Notes: generated by a model from the sequence alone, not told the origin. DNA of 47,066 nucleotides, filler included, from Jimgerdemannia flammicorona (GCA_003990765.1; 2 parts of 2 records of this genome joined end to end with filler, not necessarily neighbours in it), one strand, 5' to 3'; positions 12,390 to 22,666 are shown, counted from the first letter of the whole stretch. Numbers and translations: made by a program.

Positions 12390-13328
12390 TTAATCCAACT
12401 GCGGGTATTTCACATACTGGGCCTCAAGTTCATTAATAGCTTGATTGACTAGTTTAACATAACTACACGTGATACTCTTCTCCAAAAGAGGAGTCTTGAC
12501 GGTCTGGTGAATAGTACCCACTTGCTCTCGGAACTTGCTAAGGGCATTAGACATAAATATCAACTCATTTATGTGCACCACGCGTGCCTCCTCAAACGTC
12601 TGGAGCACGTCCAGGTTGTCAGTTAGTAGTTTCTTTTGCATGTGGTTTGCGCCCCAGTCATTCCAGACCTTTGCAAGGGATGCACTTTGTTCATATTGTA
12701 CATTGTTCTCTTTGACAATGACTTCGTAGGCTTTGGCGAGGCATATATCCATCTCTACGAAGTATTTGAGAACAATCCCCACCTGAGAATCGAGAATTTG
12801 CATGCCATTGTTCGCGTCAGTCATCGCATCCTCGAAAATTAATGCTAGGTTTGTCAGGAGCATGACATCGGTATCACTCTTCAGTTGCGTCAGATCCCGC
12901 CGAATCATCCGACTGCATTCGATGAGGAGGCGGAAAATGACAGCCGCCGTGGCCTCCAACGTTTCCATGCTGTAGGCTGCTTGAGTCGTGGCCTTCCACA
13001 GTTGATTCAACGAATTTACAAATATTCTCCTGTGGTCAGGACCCAAGTCCGAATGCTTAACCAGTGACTCGAGGTTGTGCATTGCCGACCGAGTTTTGAG
13101 CAACTCTTGACTATAATTCCCACGCAGGGCCAGGTCATAGGTCTGCACGGTCTCCAAGTGTGCATTGAGATGTGTGATTATGTTGTGGATTTCGATGAAC
13201 TGAGGAGGTGGTAGTAGCGTGCAGGCATGGCCGAGCACTTGCACCGCATTAAACTGACATATAATGTCAGTGGAAATAGGGAATAGGGCCAGGAGGCATC
13301 CGAGCCCTAGCACTAAACTCGACGCCAC
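12390..13328 (-). CDS. Hypothetical helical/coiled-coil protein with N-terminal hydrophobic segment; probable upstream exon reaching ~13540
   Basis: 312-aa ORF preceded by a ttttccag acceptor, with heptad-like helical composition. Confidence 0.6.
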   Translation of the reverse strand: MASSLVLGLGCLLALFPISTDIICQFNAVQVLGHACTLLPPPQFIEIHNIITHLNAHLETVQTYDLALRGNYSQELLKTRSAMHNLESLVKHSDLGPDHRRIFVNSLNQLWKATTQAAYSMETLEATAAVIFRLLIECSRMIRRDLTQLKSDTDVMLLTNLALIFEDAMTDANNGMQILDSQVGIVLKYFVEMDICLAKAYEVIVKENNVQYEQSASLAKVWNDWGANHMQKKLLTDNLDVLQTFEEARVVHINELIFMSNALSKFREQVGTIHQTVKTPLLEKSITCSYVKLVNQAINELEAQYVKYPQLD

Positions 13329-13573
13329 GATCGTGCGCCTGGAAAATAATATTTCTACAAATGAAATAATTGTTAGTTGATGATATACATAGCATTACTC
13401 CAATACGATCACCTAGTTTATGCAAACATATACCATACAAAACTAGAAATTTTCTAAGAACATAAGGCCACAATGATGCTAGTTTCTCAATGATAGGTGG
13501 CATTGTGATGAAGCTAGTGGCATCGTCGAACATATCCATGATAGTGATATATATATATGTGTTGTGATGTCGA

Positions 13574-13638
13574 TGTCGGGGAAAGTGCATTCACGTGGAC
13601 GGGATAATCCCGTCCACGTGAATGCACTTTCCCCGACA
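13574..13638. repeat. Palindromic element copy 1 (perfect; 32-bp arms around a central A)
   Basis: TGTCGGGGAAAGTGCATTCACGTGGACGGGAT-A-ATCCCGTCCACGTGAATGCACTTTCCCCGACA. Confidence 0.97.
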
Positions 13639-13912
13639 GACTTTACACGTGTGCGGGCTGAGGAATTTTTACAACAATCAAACTGGGTTAGTTATAACAA
13701 TGTAAACACCTAATGTATTGCCATATTGCATCGAAATCTGGATTATGCCCGTTTTTCTGTGCAACTCTCATATGGCGTTTAATAATTTCAAAAGAATAAA
13801 GAAAATGCGAGAGTTTTGTCAGGATATCGTTTCCTTGTACTATCCTCATTTATAAAGAGTTCACATGTTACCAGGTCATGAAATAATTATTGACATGACA
13901 AGCACAATAATA

Positions 13913-14812
13913 TTACAAAGCCCAATTTTCCAACATGTATGCTCCTCGCGACGCCTTCAAACACTCCTTATTAAAGCACAACTCAATTCCCCAATACGCT
14001 CTTGCACATTGATTCCCACAAACCTGGCAACACCCGCCCTTGAAACACGTCCTCAGCAGCCCTACGCTCGAGAAATTCAGGCCCCCGTGCACTAGCCTTA
14101 TCGCCTCCCCACATATCCTACAGCATTTCAGTACCCAACACTCTTCCACCTCACACACGGCATAGGCGTTTCTCCTCCCATCCATGGGGTCCTGCTTCCA
14201 GATGAGCCTACCGTTGCACGCCCAACACCGGTGGCCCTCGTGTGGGAAATAGTTTGGACAATCTACTACGTTGCAGTGGTACACCACTTCTTTAATTGAA
14301 AATTGCGAACAGGACTCGCACTGTTTGTAGTGGGGGCAGGCGAGTAGCGCCGATGATATGTCCAAGTACGGTTCGGAGGATGCAGATTGATGGTTTGTAT
14401 TCGGAAGGATGGTTCGCTCTTTGACTGACAATATCATAAAGGATGGTAGGGGGTTGGAGTGTGAAACTGGCACGTCGAGATCTAGACCCTTTGTGTGACT
14501 TTAAATACGTTGACATGTGTGGTATCTCCTTACCATCCATATAGGTCAGGTCGAAATATATATGACAATAATAATTGTTACCACAATTGAACGTAGGTTC
14601 GATTTTTGGATGCATTCCTAAATAATCCCACGATTTGGTGTACCATTCGACATTGGATATAACAATCGAAACATTTTAACAATGCGAACAATGCCAGCAT
14701 ATTGCCATATCACATCGGGATCTGGATTGTTGACAAAGAGAGCGAGTCCTTCTAGATTTATAGCTCGAAAAGTCGTCAATTGACAATATGGGTTGGGTTG
14801 TTGGCTCTCCAA
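13913..14812 (-). pseudogene. Cys-rich, putative zinc-binding protein gene, disrupted
   Basis: Many CxxC/CxxxxC pairs (CESC, CNVVDC, CWAC, CEVEEC, CRIC, CQVC, CFNKEC) in 13913-14473. The upstream ORF is broken by a TAG at 14618-14620. Exon structure uncertain. Confidence 0.5.
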
Positions 14813-15078
14813 TACTATACTGTATAAAATGCAAAGGACAGTTCAAAGCGTATATATGCTTTTAACTGATCAATTACAAGAGATATCAACGCAATTCGTT
14901 GCGTGATTGATGATATTCTGCCAGCGGACGAATGGGTTGTATGAGTTGTCGGCGAATATCGTTGGTACTTTGTTCATTGATACTCGATATACTCAATAGC
15001 GGCTGTATTCGGAATTTGTCCTCGCCTCCTATTATTTGACAACCAATGAAATGTGGAGCAGTAAATTGCTGTAATTAT

Positions 15079-15147
15079 AGCGTCAGGGAAAGTGCATTCA
15101 CGTGGACAGGATTATCCCGTCCACATGAATGCACTTTCCCCGATGCT
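15079..15147. repeat. Palindromic element copy 2 (34-bp arms, central T, CpG-type mismatches)
   Basis: AGCGTCAGGGAAAGTGCATTCACGTGGACAGGAT-T-ATCCCGTCCACATGAATGCACTTTCCCCGATGCT. Confidence 0.95.
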
Positions 15148-15200
15148 GACGCCATGACATGTGATCGATACAACCCCCAAGCCTCCTGAAACTGACCAAT

Positions 15201-15563
15201 ATGAAGATAAATATGACTAAAATCAAGGTCAAGGAGGAGATGAAATATATTGTTGAGTCTGGCGGACTAAGGGATGATGAACGTCATGGTGTAGTGGAAA
15301 CATTACCTGAATTTATCATCTTTACGGTTCGATGGTTGAACGACATGTCCCACACCATCAGGATAGCGAAGATGGCCGATATTGGTGAATTGTTGCACAT
15401 GCTTGAGACGCAGCATAATCCGAAAGGTAAAGATTTCATTCTGAAGAGGAAAGATGACAACAAACTTATCCCAATAGATGTCAACGATGAGAGCGTCACC
15501 CTGGAGAAACTTGAAGTCACTCCTCAGTGGATCCTTGTCATGGAGCCGGATCTAGAATCTTGA
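15201..15563 (+). CDS. Small protein with a probable ubiquitin-like (beta-grasp) domain
   Basis: FTVRW...HTIRIAKMADIGELLHML...FILKRK...DESVTLEKLEVTPQWILVME follows the Ubl/UBX pattern. AATAAA follows the stop. Confidence 0.55.
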   Translation: MKINMTKIKVKEEMKYIVESGGLRDDERHGVVETLPEFIIFTVRWLNDMSHTIRIAKMADIGELLHMLETQHNPKGKDFILKRKDDNKLIPIDVNDESVTLEKLEVTPQWILVMEPDLES

Positions 15564-15744
15564 GGTTCCGTGCGCAGCTGTAATCATGTATCAAAATAAA
15601 TTGTATGCTGCGCAGTCTGTTGACCCGGTTTATCGGATAATAAAAAGCCGGTTGGATTTACAATCATATCATAGACATTATGTTATACAACTAAACATAA
15701 AGACTCTAGATGAAACCACTTCATCATCATCATCTTTGTAACAA

Positions 15745-16477
15745 ATGGCATACCTCGAGTTACCATCCTTCTCAGACAAATTATATTTATCCCAAGCTTC
15801 CGATCTGACCCTATTAACACTATGCCTGAACACAGATCTGGCGCGCTTCAAATATGTCACCGGCAGAATCACTGAACTTATCATTCAATTGAGCACTCTT
15901 TTGCGAGATGACATCTGTCAAAATGTGCAGAACATTATCTCAAATCTTCCAAGATTAACGCATCTCCATGTCTTCGACATCATGCCTGGTCAATTTGAGA
16001 GAATCTTTACGAGCATCACAATCACATTCAAAGACCTTATTGAAATTCGACTGAGTCAGATTGTAGCTTCTGACGAATTCTTGGAATTCATTTCCAACAA
16101 TCCAAGTATTCAATGCGTGCAATTCACTGGTATATTATTATTGTGGTTTATGCCTTGGATATTTACATGCATAGGTTATATAACGGTTTTCTAACGATTT
16201 CTCCTGTACAGATGCCTTAGATTCGTCCCTGGATAATTCGTTTTTAATTCGGCTCATTCAGTGCTACCAGCTTCGGAAATTGATCATAACAGAGGCGCGC
16301 CACAACATAATATCATTCGACAACCTCGTAAAGGCGGCAGACGAATGGAAGGACAATTTTTGGTTAATAATCAGATATGATGATAATGAATTGTCGCCGC
16401 TACTGGAATGCACCATGTGTGGGTGGAATGGTAGTAATAGTTGTGTTTGCGATAATTGGAACGATGGTTCAACATAG
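15745..16477 (+). CDS. LRR/RNI-like protein, one intron (16130-16212)
   Basis: LPRLTHLHV, FKDLIEIRL, NPSIQCVQF, CYQLRKLII. Splicing G|gtatat...tacag|AT joins the two ORFs in frame. Confidence 0.6.
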
Positions 16478-16565
16478 TACGACGTCTCAACTTGTAATTT
16501 ACAACAGTCACATAATATAAATATGAGACACCCACATACACACATTTCCAATCTTTCAACTCAAT

Positions 16566-17156
16566 ATGCATGACACACTCGAACTCGACACATTGGAGTT
16601 TGAGAAGCACCTTCATGCACTGGAAATCCAGTTATACCGCCAAAAAATCCTCGATATCGACACCATCTTCAGGTATATAAAGAAACTCGAACATCGAATG
16701 AGATGGATAAATGTCAACCTTGCTGCTGTTCGGTATAACTTTAAACATATTGATGTGATACTGCCACGTGTGGAGAGGTTCATATTGAAGGTGGATGTGG
16801 TAAAGTCAGGACAGGAGCTGGTGTCCAAATGGAATACGTACGACGTGACCGCTTGGTCCTTGGTGCAGATGGAGTGGGGGAAAGCAGTTGCATGCATGTT
16901 TGGGAACATTATTAGAGATTTTGAAGTCGCAATCGCATATATGAGGTTTATGGAGAGAACGGCAGAGACAGCCAGAGCCAATCTCAGTAACATGGCTATT
17001 GTAATCAAAATGCGCCAGGCCCGGGATATATTCATCAAAGGCAATGGTGATAGACTGGCGAGGAAGACGGTTGAGGAGGCAGTTGGTGATGTTGAAATAT
17101 TTTTCGAAACAATTAAGGCAGATATTGAACGGCTGCAAAATGTACCCGAACGCTAA
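16566..17156 (+). CDS. Hypothetical alpha-helical protein, 196 aa, intronless
   Basis: Clean ORF followed by AATAAA. No family recognised. Confidence 0.6.
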   Translation: MHDTLELDTLEFEKHLHALEIQLYRQKILDIDTIFRYIKKLEHRMRWINVNLAAVRYNFKHIDVILPRVERFILKVDVVKSGQELVSKWNTYDVTAWSLVQMEWGKAVACMFGNIIRDFEVAIAYMRFMERTAETARANLSNMAIVIKMRQARDIFIKGNGDRLARKTVEEAVGDVEIFFETIKADIERLQNVPER

Positions 17157-17281
17157 ATGCTACATCTTTATTATAAAGTGTAAAATACAGTATTAAAATA
17201 AAAGGTACACACGTTTGTGTGTGTATATTTCCCATTATCAACTTGTTATTGGAGAATTCGGTAATACATAATAGCATACAC

Positions 17282-17360
17282 ACATCAGCGTCGGGGAAAG
17301 TGCATTCACGTGGACAGGATAATCCCATCCACGTGAATGCACTTTCCCCGATGCTGACGT
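17282..17360. repeat. Palindromic element copy 3 (39-bp arms, central A)
   Basis: ACATCAGCGTCGGGGAAAGTGCATTCACGTGGACAGGAT-A-ATCCCATCCACGTGAATGCACTTTCCCCGATGCTGACGT. Confidence 0.95.
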
Positions 17361-17906
17361 AGTAAATCGAACAAACCTTCCTCATGTTTAGTGAAGCTCG
17401 GGGCTTAAGTTAATCCTCAAAAATATTACCTATGACAAAATCGGAGGCTTTCTTTTGAAAGCCCCCTTTGTCTGCGAAAAGCAAGGAAAATATTCAGGAC
17501 ACAAGGATATACACAAAAAGAACCAGCTGCTCCAGAAGCGATCGAATTATATTTTTGTTACAAGAACAATACTGGAACATAGTCATGGTATCGGGGCCCG
17601 CAATTCAGCGTTAGTGATGATATACTGTGTCAAATCTGTTTCGAGCGGCAGTTGTTTGGTACAATGCTGGCGAAACCTGGTACCATCTACCTATATAGAA
17701 CCTGATCGCTCGATCGACGCCAATTGTATTACACCTTATAAATGACGACCGCATCAATTAATTCTTATCATGAATCTGTGTGCAGACGTTACAACCACGC
17801 TAGTGGATTGTGTAATCTGGAAAAATTCCTCATTAGAGAATAAACACATGCGTTTGTGTCAGGTTTAAATAAACAGGGACCGTAGTGTGTCTTGTCAACT
17901 GTTGAA

Positions 17907-18914
17907 ATGACAGAATCCGAAATTCCTGAGTTGGTGATGTTTCGTGATGTGTGTTTTGGTATACTGGAAGACGGGGGTGTGGTACCTCCAACACATCCAT
18001 CACAACATACCCCAGCAAATGTGTTACCTCAGACACTTCCACCACGACGTGCCCCAGCAAATGTTATACTAGAGGCTCTAATCAATCTATGGAATGACCA
18101 AACGGAAACTGCCAATGATGATGATGATGAGCATGCGCAAATGGTGAAAACATTTACAAAAGCGCTTACGTACTACACCCTCCACAAACCAATGGCACAA
18201 CTCATTACCGACCAGAAACAGGACCTGACGTACCTTGAAAAGCGCAACAGTGAGTTGCGCGTCAGGATAAAGGAATTGAAGGCGGGGAATGTGGCAGCCC
18301 AAGAAATTTCATCGGTGATGACAATGGATCGGTCACCAAAGCAAGCCGAATTGATATCGCGAGTGACGGATCGTGCAGTCAACGGGCGCGACAAAGGTAA
18401 ACCGCACAAGTATGAAACACTGGGATATAAATCTCATAGTGATCATTGCAAATTACATGGCTTTGACTGCAAGACTTACAAAAGGTATTTTATCTGTTTC
18501 GTGATTTCCGAATTGTGTGTGTGTTATCAATCAAACTTATTAGAGTATATATATGTCATAAGGTTCTACAATATAACAGGTGGCCTCCCAGTAGATATAC
18601 ATGGACCCCAGTTCCGATATTCCTTACATGCCAATACTGACAGTCGTTGGCGTTGGTTAGACCTTATGTCGAGGTATCAGAAGAGACATACCCTGCCCAC
18701 AGAGCCACCAGGGTTCTGGACCATGGACTTTTCCACCGAGGATAAGATCAAACAATAACAGGAGGATGGCAGACGCATCAATCGTGAAAAAAAGAAGTGG
18801 GAATGGTCGCCCTCACCTGGTATTGGGCACAGTCAACGTCACCGAACGCCACTGAAACGTCGATCAGGTTCACTGACTCTATCACCAATATCTGATTTTG
18901 AATATTTTGTGTAG
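17907..18914 (+). pseudogene. Hypothetical coiled-coil protein gene; probable intron ~18485-18562 and probable premature stop at 18756-18758
   Basis: The frame continues after the TAA (CAA TAA CAG) for ~50 codons to a TAG at 18912-18914, followed by AATAAA. Confidence 0.5.
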
Positions 18915-18990
18915 TTTAAGAACTATTGTTACTATTGGCAAATAAAATCGAATTCACACAATAAGCAATAACGTTAATCATGGCGTCGAC

Positions 18991-19053
18991 GTCGGGGAAA
19001 GTACATTCATGTGGACGGGATAATCCTGTCCACGTGAATGCACTTTCCCCAAC
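18991..19053. repeat. Palindromic element copy 4 (31-bp arms, central A)
   Basis: GTCGGGGAAAGTACATTCATGTGGACGGGAT-A-ATCCTGTCCACGTGAATGCACTTTCCCCAAC. Confidence 0.95.
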
Positions 19054-19180
19054 ACCACACGTGATATATGATTCTGCTTTAATAATTTGTAGATCATCGT
19101 CATTATGTCGACAAAATTGTAAGGCTTTATATATATATACACAACACAATTTTAAGGTACTAACAAATATACATATTATT

Positions 19181-19760
19181 ATGAATCTATTCAACGACAT
19201 TGGGGCCAGCCTTGGTGGTGTTACCATTGTGATTCTAATAGTCTTTGGGATTGTTACCATACCGCTCGATATCTACAACATAGTAAATGCCTCTAATGGT
19301 CTTAAAATGTACCCAATCATAGAACCATGTTGGGGTAGCGGACAGCTCTACACATTTCTAATCAGCGTCATTGTCAGTGCTGCGCTCTCTCTTGTCCACA
19401 TGCTTGCAGTCTGCTGTCGCTCAGAGCCGTCCAACAACCAACACTTGTCTAGTAGAACTATGGATAGTTTAACAGGCATGTTTTTGCTTATCTGGACTAT
19501 TATAGGTAGGCGACCTTATACACCCACCGCACTGCTGTGTCTGCCAGTTTGTCCAGGCTGTAACATATCCGTTTGAATTAGGTACTGTCTGGGTTTCGAG
19601 TGCCCGCTCATGCCAATCGGAATTTCTATTCTACTACGAAACGGTCATACGATCGCTCATAATCATGTACATTGACTGTGTAGTGGGATTGATCGTGGTT
19701 ATTTTTGGCCACTCAGCTCTATGTTGTATTAGGCTTAGTAATGCCCCCCCAACTGTCTGA
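19181..19760 (+). CDS. Four-TM membrane protein (TMEM272-like), intron 19506-19581
   Basis: The spliced product reads ...GMFLLIWTII|GTVWVSSARSCQSEFLFYY...IIMY and has four hydrophobic segments. Family assignment is from motif recall only. Confidence 0.65.
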
Positions 19761-19932
19761 TACACGTCAATGTAAACTTAATAATAACATTTCCAATTGC
19801 AACACATAATGGTTTATTTGGGATCAGAATGCACTATTGTTGCGACGTTGAGGCCAGCTACATTGATCACTCTGGTGGATTCACACAGATTGACGATGTA
19901 AATCCTATTCAACTTCAAGACATGTGGTCTGG

Positions 19933-21045
19933 CTAGCTCGTAGATGATGATATTGCTTGTGCAATTGTCAGACGCGTCAATGGGGTTGTGAGTTGCATGC
20001 TGCTCTGAGCTCCATCATCGTCCCACAGAGTGACCAACCAATGCACAGTGAGCATCCAAAGCAATTGCCGTTCTGGTCTCCCGAACGACGCCAGCTGCAG
20101 CACATCTGTTGGCCTGCTGTGCAGGAATCTGTGAAGACAGTTTACACCGACATCGTCAGCCATGTGGTTGCGCAGCTCGTCGTCAACGTCATCCACATGC
20201 AGGTGGGTGTAGAACTCGGGAGAGAGTATGTAGCTGAGAATCGCATCTGTGGTTGCTAGCATGTATCTAAACTTATCACTCAGATGCTTCAACATTCGCC
20301 GAAGCTGGTCTGGATGTCCGCCGGATGAGTTAAAGACGGCGTCCAAAATCACATTGTGGTCGACAGACTTCGCGACCTGTTGACCAACGAGGGCGAGTCG
20401 CGGTGTCACCACTGTAACTTCATTCCGTGTCAAACACAGCCATCGCATGCTCGTGGCACGGATGTACTGCAGTGGAAATATGTTGCTGTTGTGTTGATTG
20501 GGGTCAAGTCGCGACAGGAGTAGGATTTGCAGATGCTGTCCTGGCTCCACATGTAGATGCCACCAGAAGTACGGCACGTCCAGTCCAGACAGGATATCCA
20601 CATCGTCGATTATGAGGCGTACGGTCGAGTTTGCATCTGTGTGTTGCAGCCACGTTGTCATTGTTTTGGTTTTCGCGTGCCAGTAATTGCTGAACACCGT
20701 TTCTGGATTCGGTATCCTGCTGTTGATCACGAACTCTGACAGCGAAACATACATGACAGACTCCTCGTCATGCTGCAACCCAATATGCTCGATGAGCTTG
20801 TATGCAAGTACAGTTTTACCTGACGAAGGTGGACCACAGACAACAAGCACCTTACAGGTCTGCCAAAGATCAAACAGTCCAGTTAGTCGAAGCGGTGAAA
20901 TGTAACATGCATCGTTGATGGTAGTGTCTTTGACATTGTATCCATCGTCTGAGAACAATGGAGCCTGCACCTGACGTAACTTGGGCCTGTGTGGATGCCG
21001 AACTGGTACTCTTTTCAATATTCTCCCACTGCGAAGTGTTATCAT
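19933..21045 (-). CDS. P-loop NTPase (AAA+/STAND-like, resembling Crinkler-associated NTPases), intronless
   Basis: Walker A GPPSSGKT, Walker B LIIDDVD, and a GxP-type motif SGGHP. Confidence 0.75.
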   Translation of the reverse strand: MITLRSGRILKRVPVRHPHRPKLRQVQAPLFSDDGYNVKDTTINDACYISPLRLTGLFDLWQTCKVLVVCGPPSSGKTVLAYKLIEHIGLQHDEESVMYVSLSEFVINSRIPNPETVFSNYWHAKTKTMTTWLQHTDANSTVRLIIDDVDILSGLDVPYFWWHLHVEPGQHLQILLLSRLDPNQHNSNIFPLQYIRATSMRWLCLTRNEVTVVTPRLALVGQQVAKSVDHNVILDAVFNSSGGHPDQLRRMLKHLSDKFRYMLATTDAILSYILSPEFYTHLHVDDVDDELRNHMADDVGVNCLHRFLHSRPTDVLQLASFGRPERQLLWMLTVHWLVTLWDDDGAQSSMQLTTPLTRLTIAQAISSSTS

Positions 21046-21151
21046 TTAACAAACAGTGTAATGCTGATGATGACTCATATTTATGACAATGTAATAGGTT
21101 GTATTTGCTCATTTATTTGGATTGACAGAACTCAAATTCATCATTACAACC

Positions 21152-22666
21152 TCAATCATCAGGAGTGGATCCTTCCATCACAAATTCGCCATACTCAGCC
21201 TCGATCTTGGCTGCAGCCTCCTGTTTGTTTTTAATTTGCAGGGCCTCAGCAGCTTCCATTCTCAGTTTCTTTGCGTTGTTTCTACTTGGTCTGATTGTCG
21301 TGTCGTTTTCGTAATCTCTCTGACCATCCTTGCGCAACCCAACGTCAATATCGAATTTGTCCAGATAGAACCCAGGTAAGGTCCACCGTCCGCAACTGCA
21401 CAATGTCCCCTCTCTGACACGTTTACCCAGTAATTCATTGCAGTTGGAGTTGGAACATGTGATGTTACCACTGTTTAAAAATGCACCAGAGCCCCACATC
21501 TAGGCCATGGCCTGAATATGGTATTGATCGCAGTTAGGGCCAATACCACCTGTTAGGTCTGATGAAATATAGGAATCGTAGAGTAAATAATGGAAAGAAA
21601 GGTAATTTGAAATTTACAATAGTACACTATACTAGTTACCTTTGTCTTTTTGCGAATGGATCATCATGTTATCTAGTCTTGCTAATCCCCATCTGTAGTA
21701 GTAGTGGCCGATCAGTTTAATTATCTACCAAATAAAAAGACAAACATTTAAAAAGGCTAAACACTCACTTGCAGTGTATGCAGCATATTAACGTTTCATT
21801 GGGATCCGGTTCCGGATTTCCTGTTGTGCTTTCTGGATCTTTGCTGAAGTCGCCTATTTTATAGGACTCCCCAACTGATGTGTGTGATAGCAATTAGGAT
21901 CCATAGATGTGTAGATAGGCATCGACACACACACTGCATACATACATAATGGGTTGAGATCAATCAGGAACTTTGTGTAGGTCGAGTTACTTGGATCTAA
22001 CACTATCCCCATATCCTCATACAGATCCAGCTGAGCACGGAAACTTGAGTTGGGCCTTCAAAAAAGAGCTAAAATAGTGAGATAGTGCAGGCAGAGCATT
22101 CACAACAAGAATATACACGCTATCACCCCATACACACTTTGCCTGGCTCCACATATTTCTGATCATATCAAGAAGTTTGTTGACCGATTTCCCATTCAAC
22201 GGGTACTTCATGAGATATGCAATGACTAGTGTGACACTGCGTGATATTCCCTGCTCGCAATGCATGAGCACCGAGTTTCCACTAGTACACGCATCATTAA
22301 TAAATTGTGTGCCAGAGTCCAGATGTTGTATAATGTTAGTATCTTTTTTATCTGGAATGTTGATAACCATGTGTTGCATAACCTACAGGGATGAGAATTT
22401 TAATAGTGCGTTGAATATATACTATATTTAGTCAACATAGTACGTCTTTCGTACCTTTGGGAAAACGCTATTGGAAGTGTCACAGACTGACACTATAACG
22501 TTGATCCTCTTGCTGTTGATCTCATTTTGAGATGTAGCAGTATCGAGTCTATTAGACAGGTTGTTAGTTGTATGTGGATGGGGCTCTGGTTGACTACATT
22601 ACTCTCAACATACCCGCTTAGGAATAGACCATTGAACACTTCGACTGCTGGATCTGCGACTGACAT
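21152..22666 (-). pseudogene. YVH1: YVH1/DUSP12-like dual-specificity phosphatase with zinc-binding domain; multi-exon, nonsense codon
   Basis: GLFLSG, HCEQGISRS (CX5R), IAYLM, PNSSFRAQLDLYEDMG, CCIHCK, CDQYHIQAMA*M (TAG at 21500-21502 where YVH1 has Trp), ITCSNSNC..LLG, CSCGRWTLPGF. Confidence 0.85.

Noticed and set aside
18010..18070. Short duplication ccccagcaaatgt (PANVL/PANVI) and small hairpins near 15625 and 21802
   Set aside because: Too short or imperfect to distinguish from local slippage or chance, and unrelated to the main palindrome.
13574..19053. CRISPR array interpretation of the repeated palindrome
   Set aside because: Spacers are 1.5-2.2 kb gene-containing segments, repeats exceed 60 bp, no cas genes are present, and the context is eukaryotic.
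18980..19180. N-terminal extension MASTSGKVHSCGRDNPVHVNALSP of ORF 18980-19576, and similar peptides in ORFs 17113-17385 and 18916-19260
   Set aside because: These are translations of the palindrome itself. The likely real start is the ATG at 19181.
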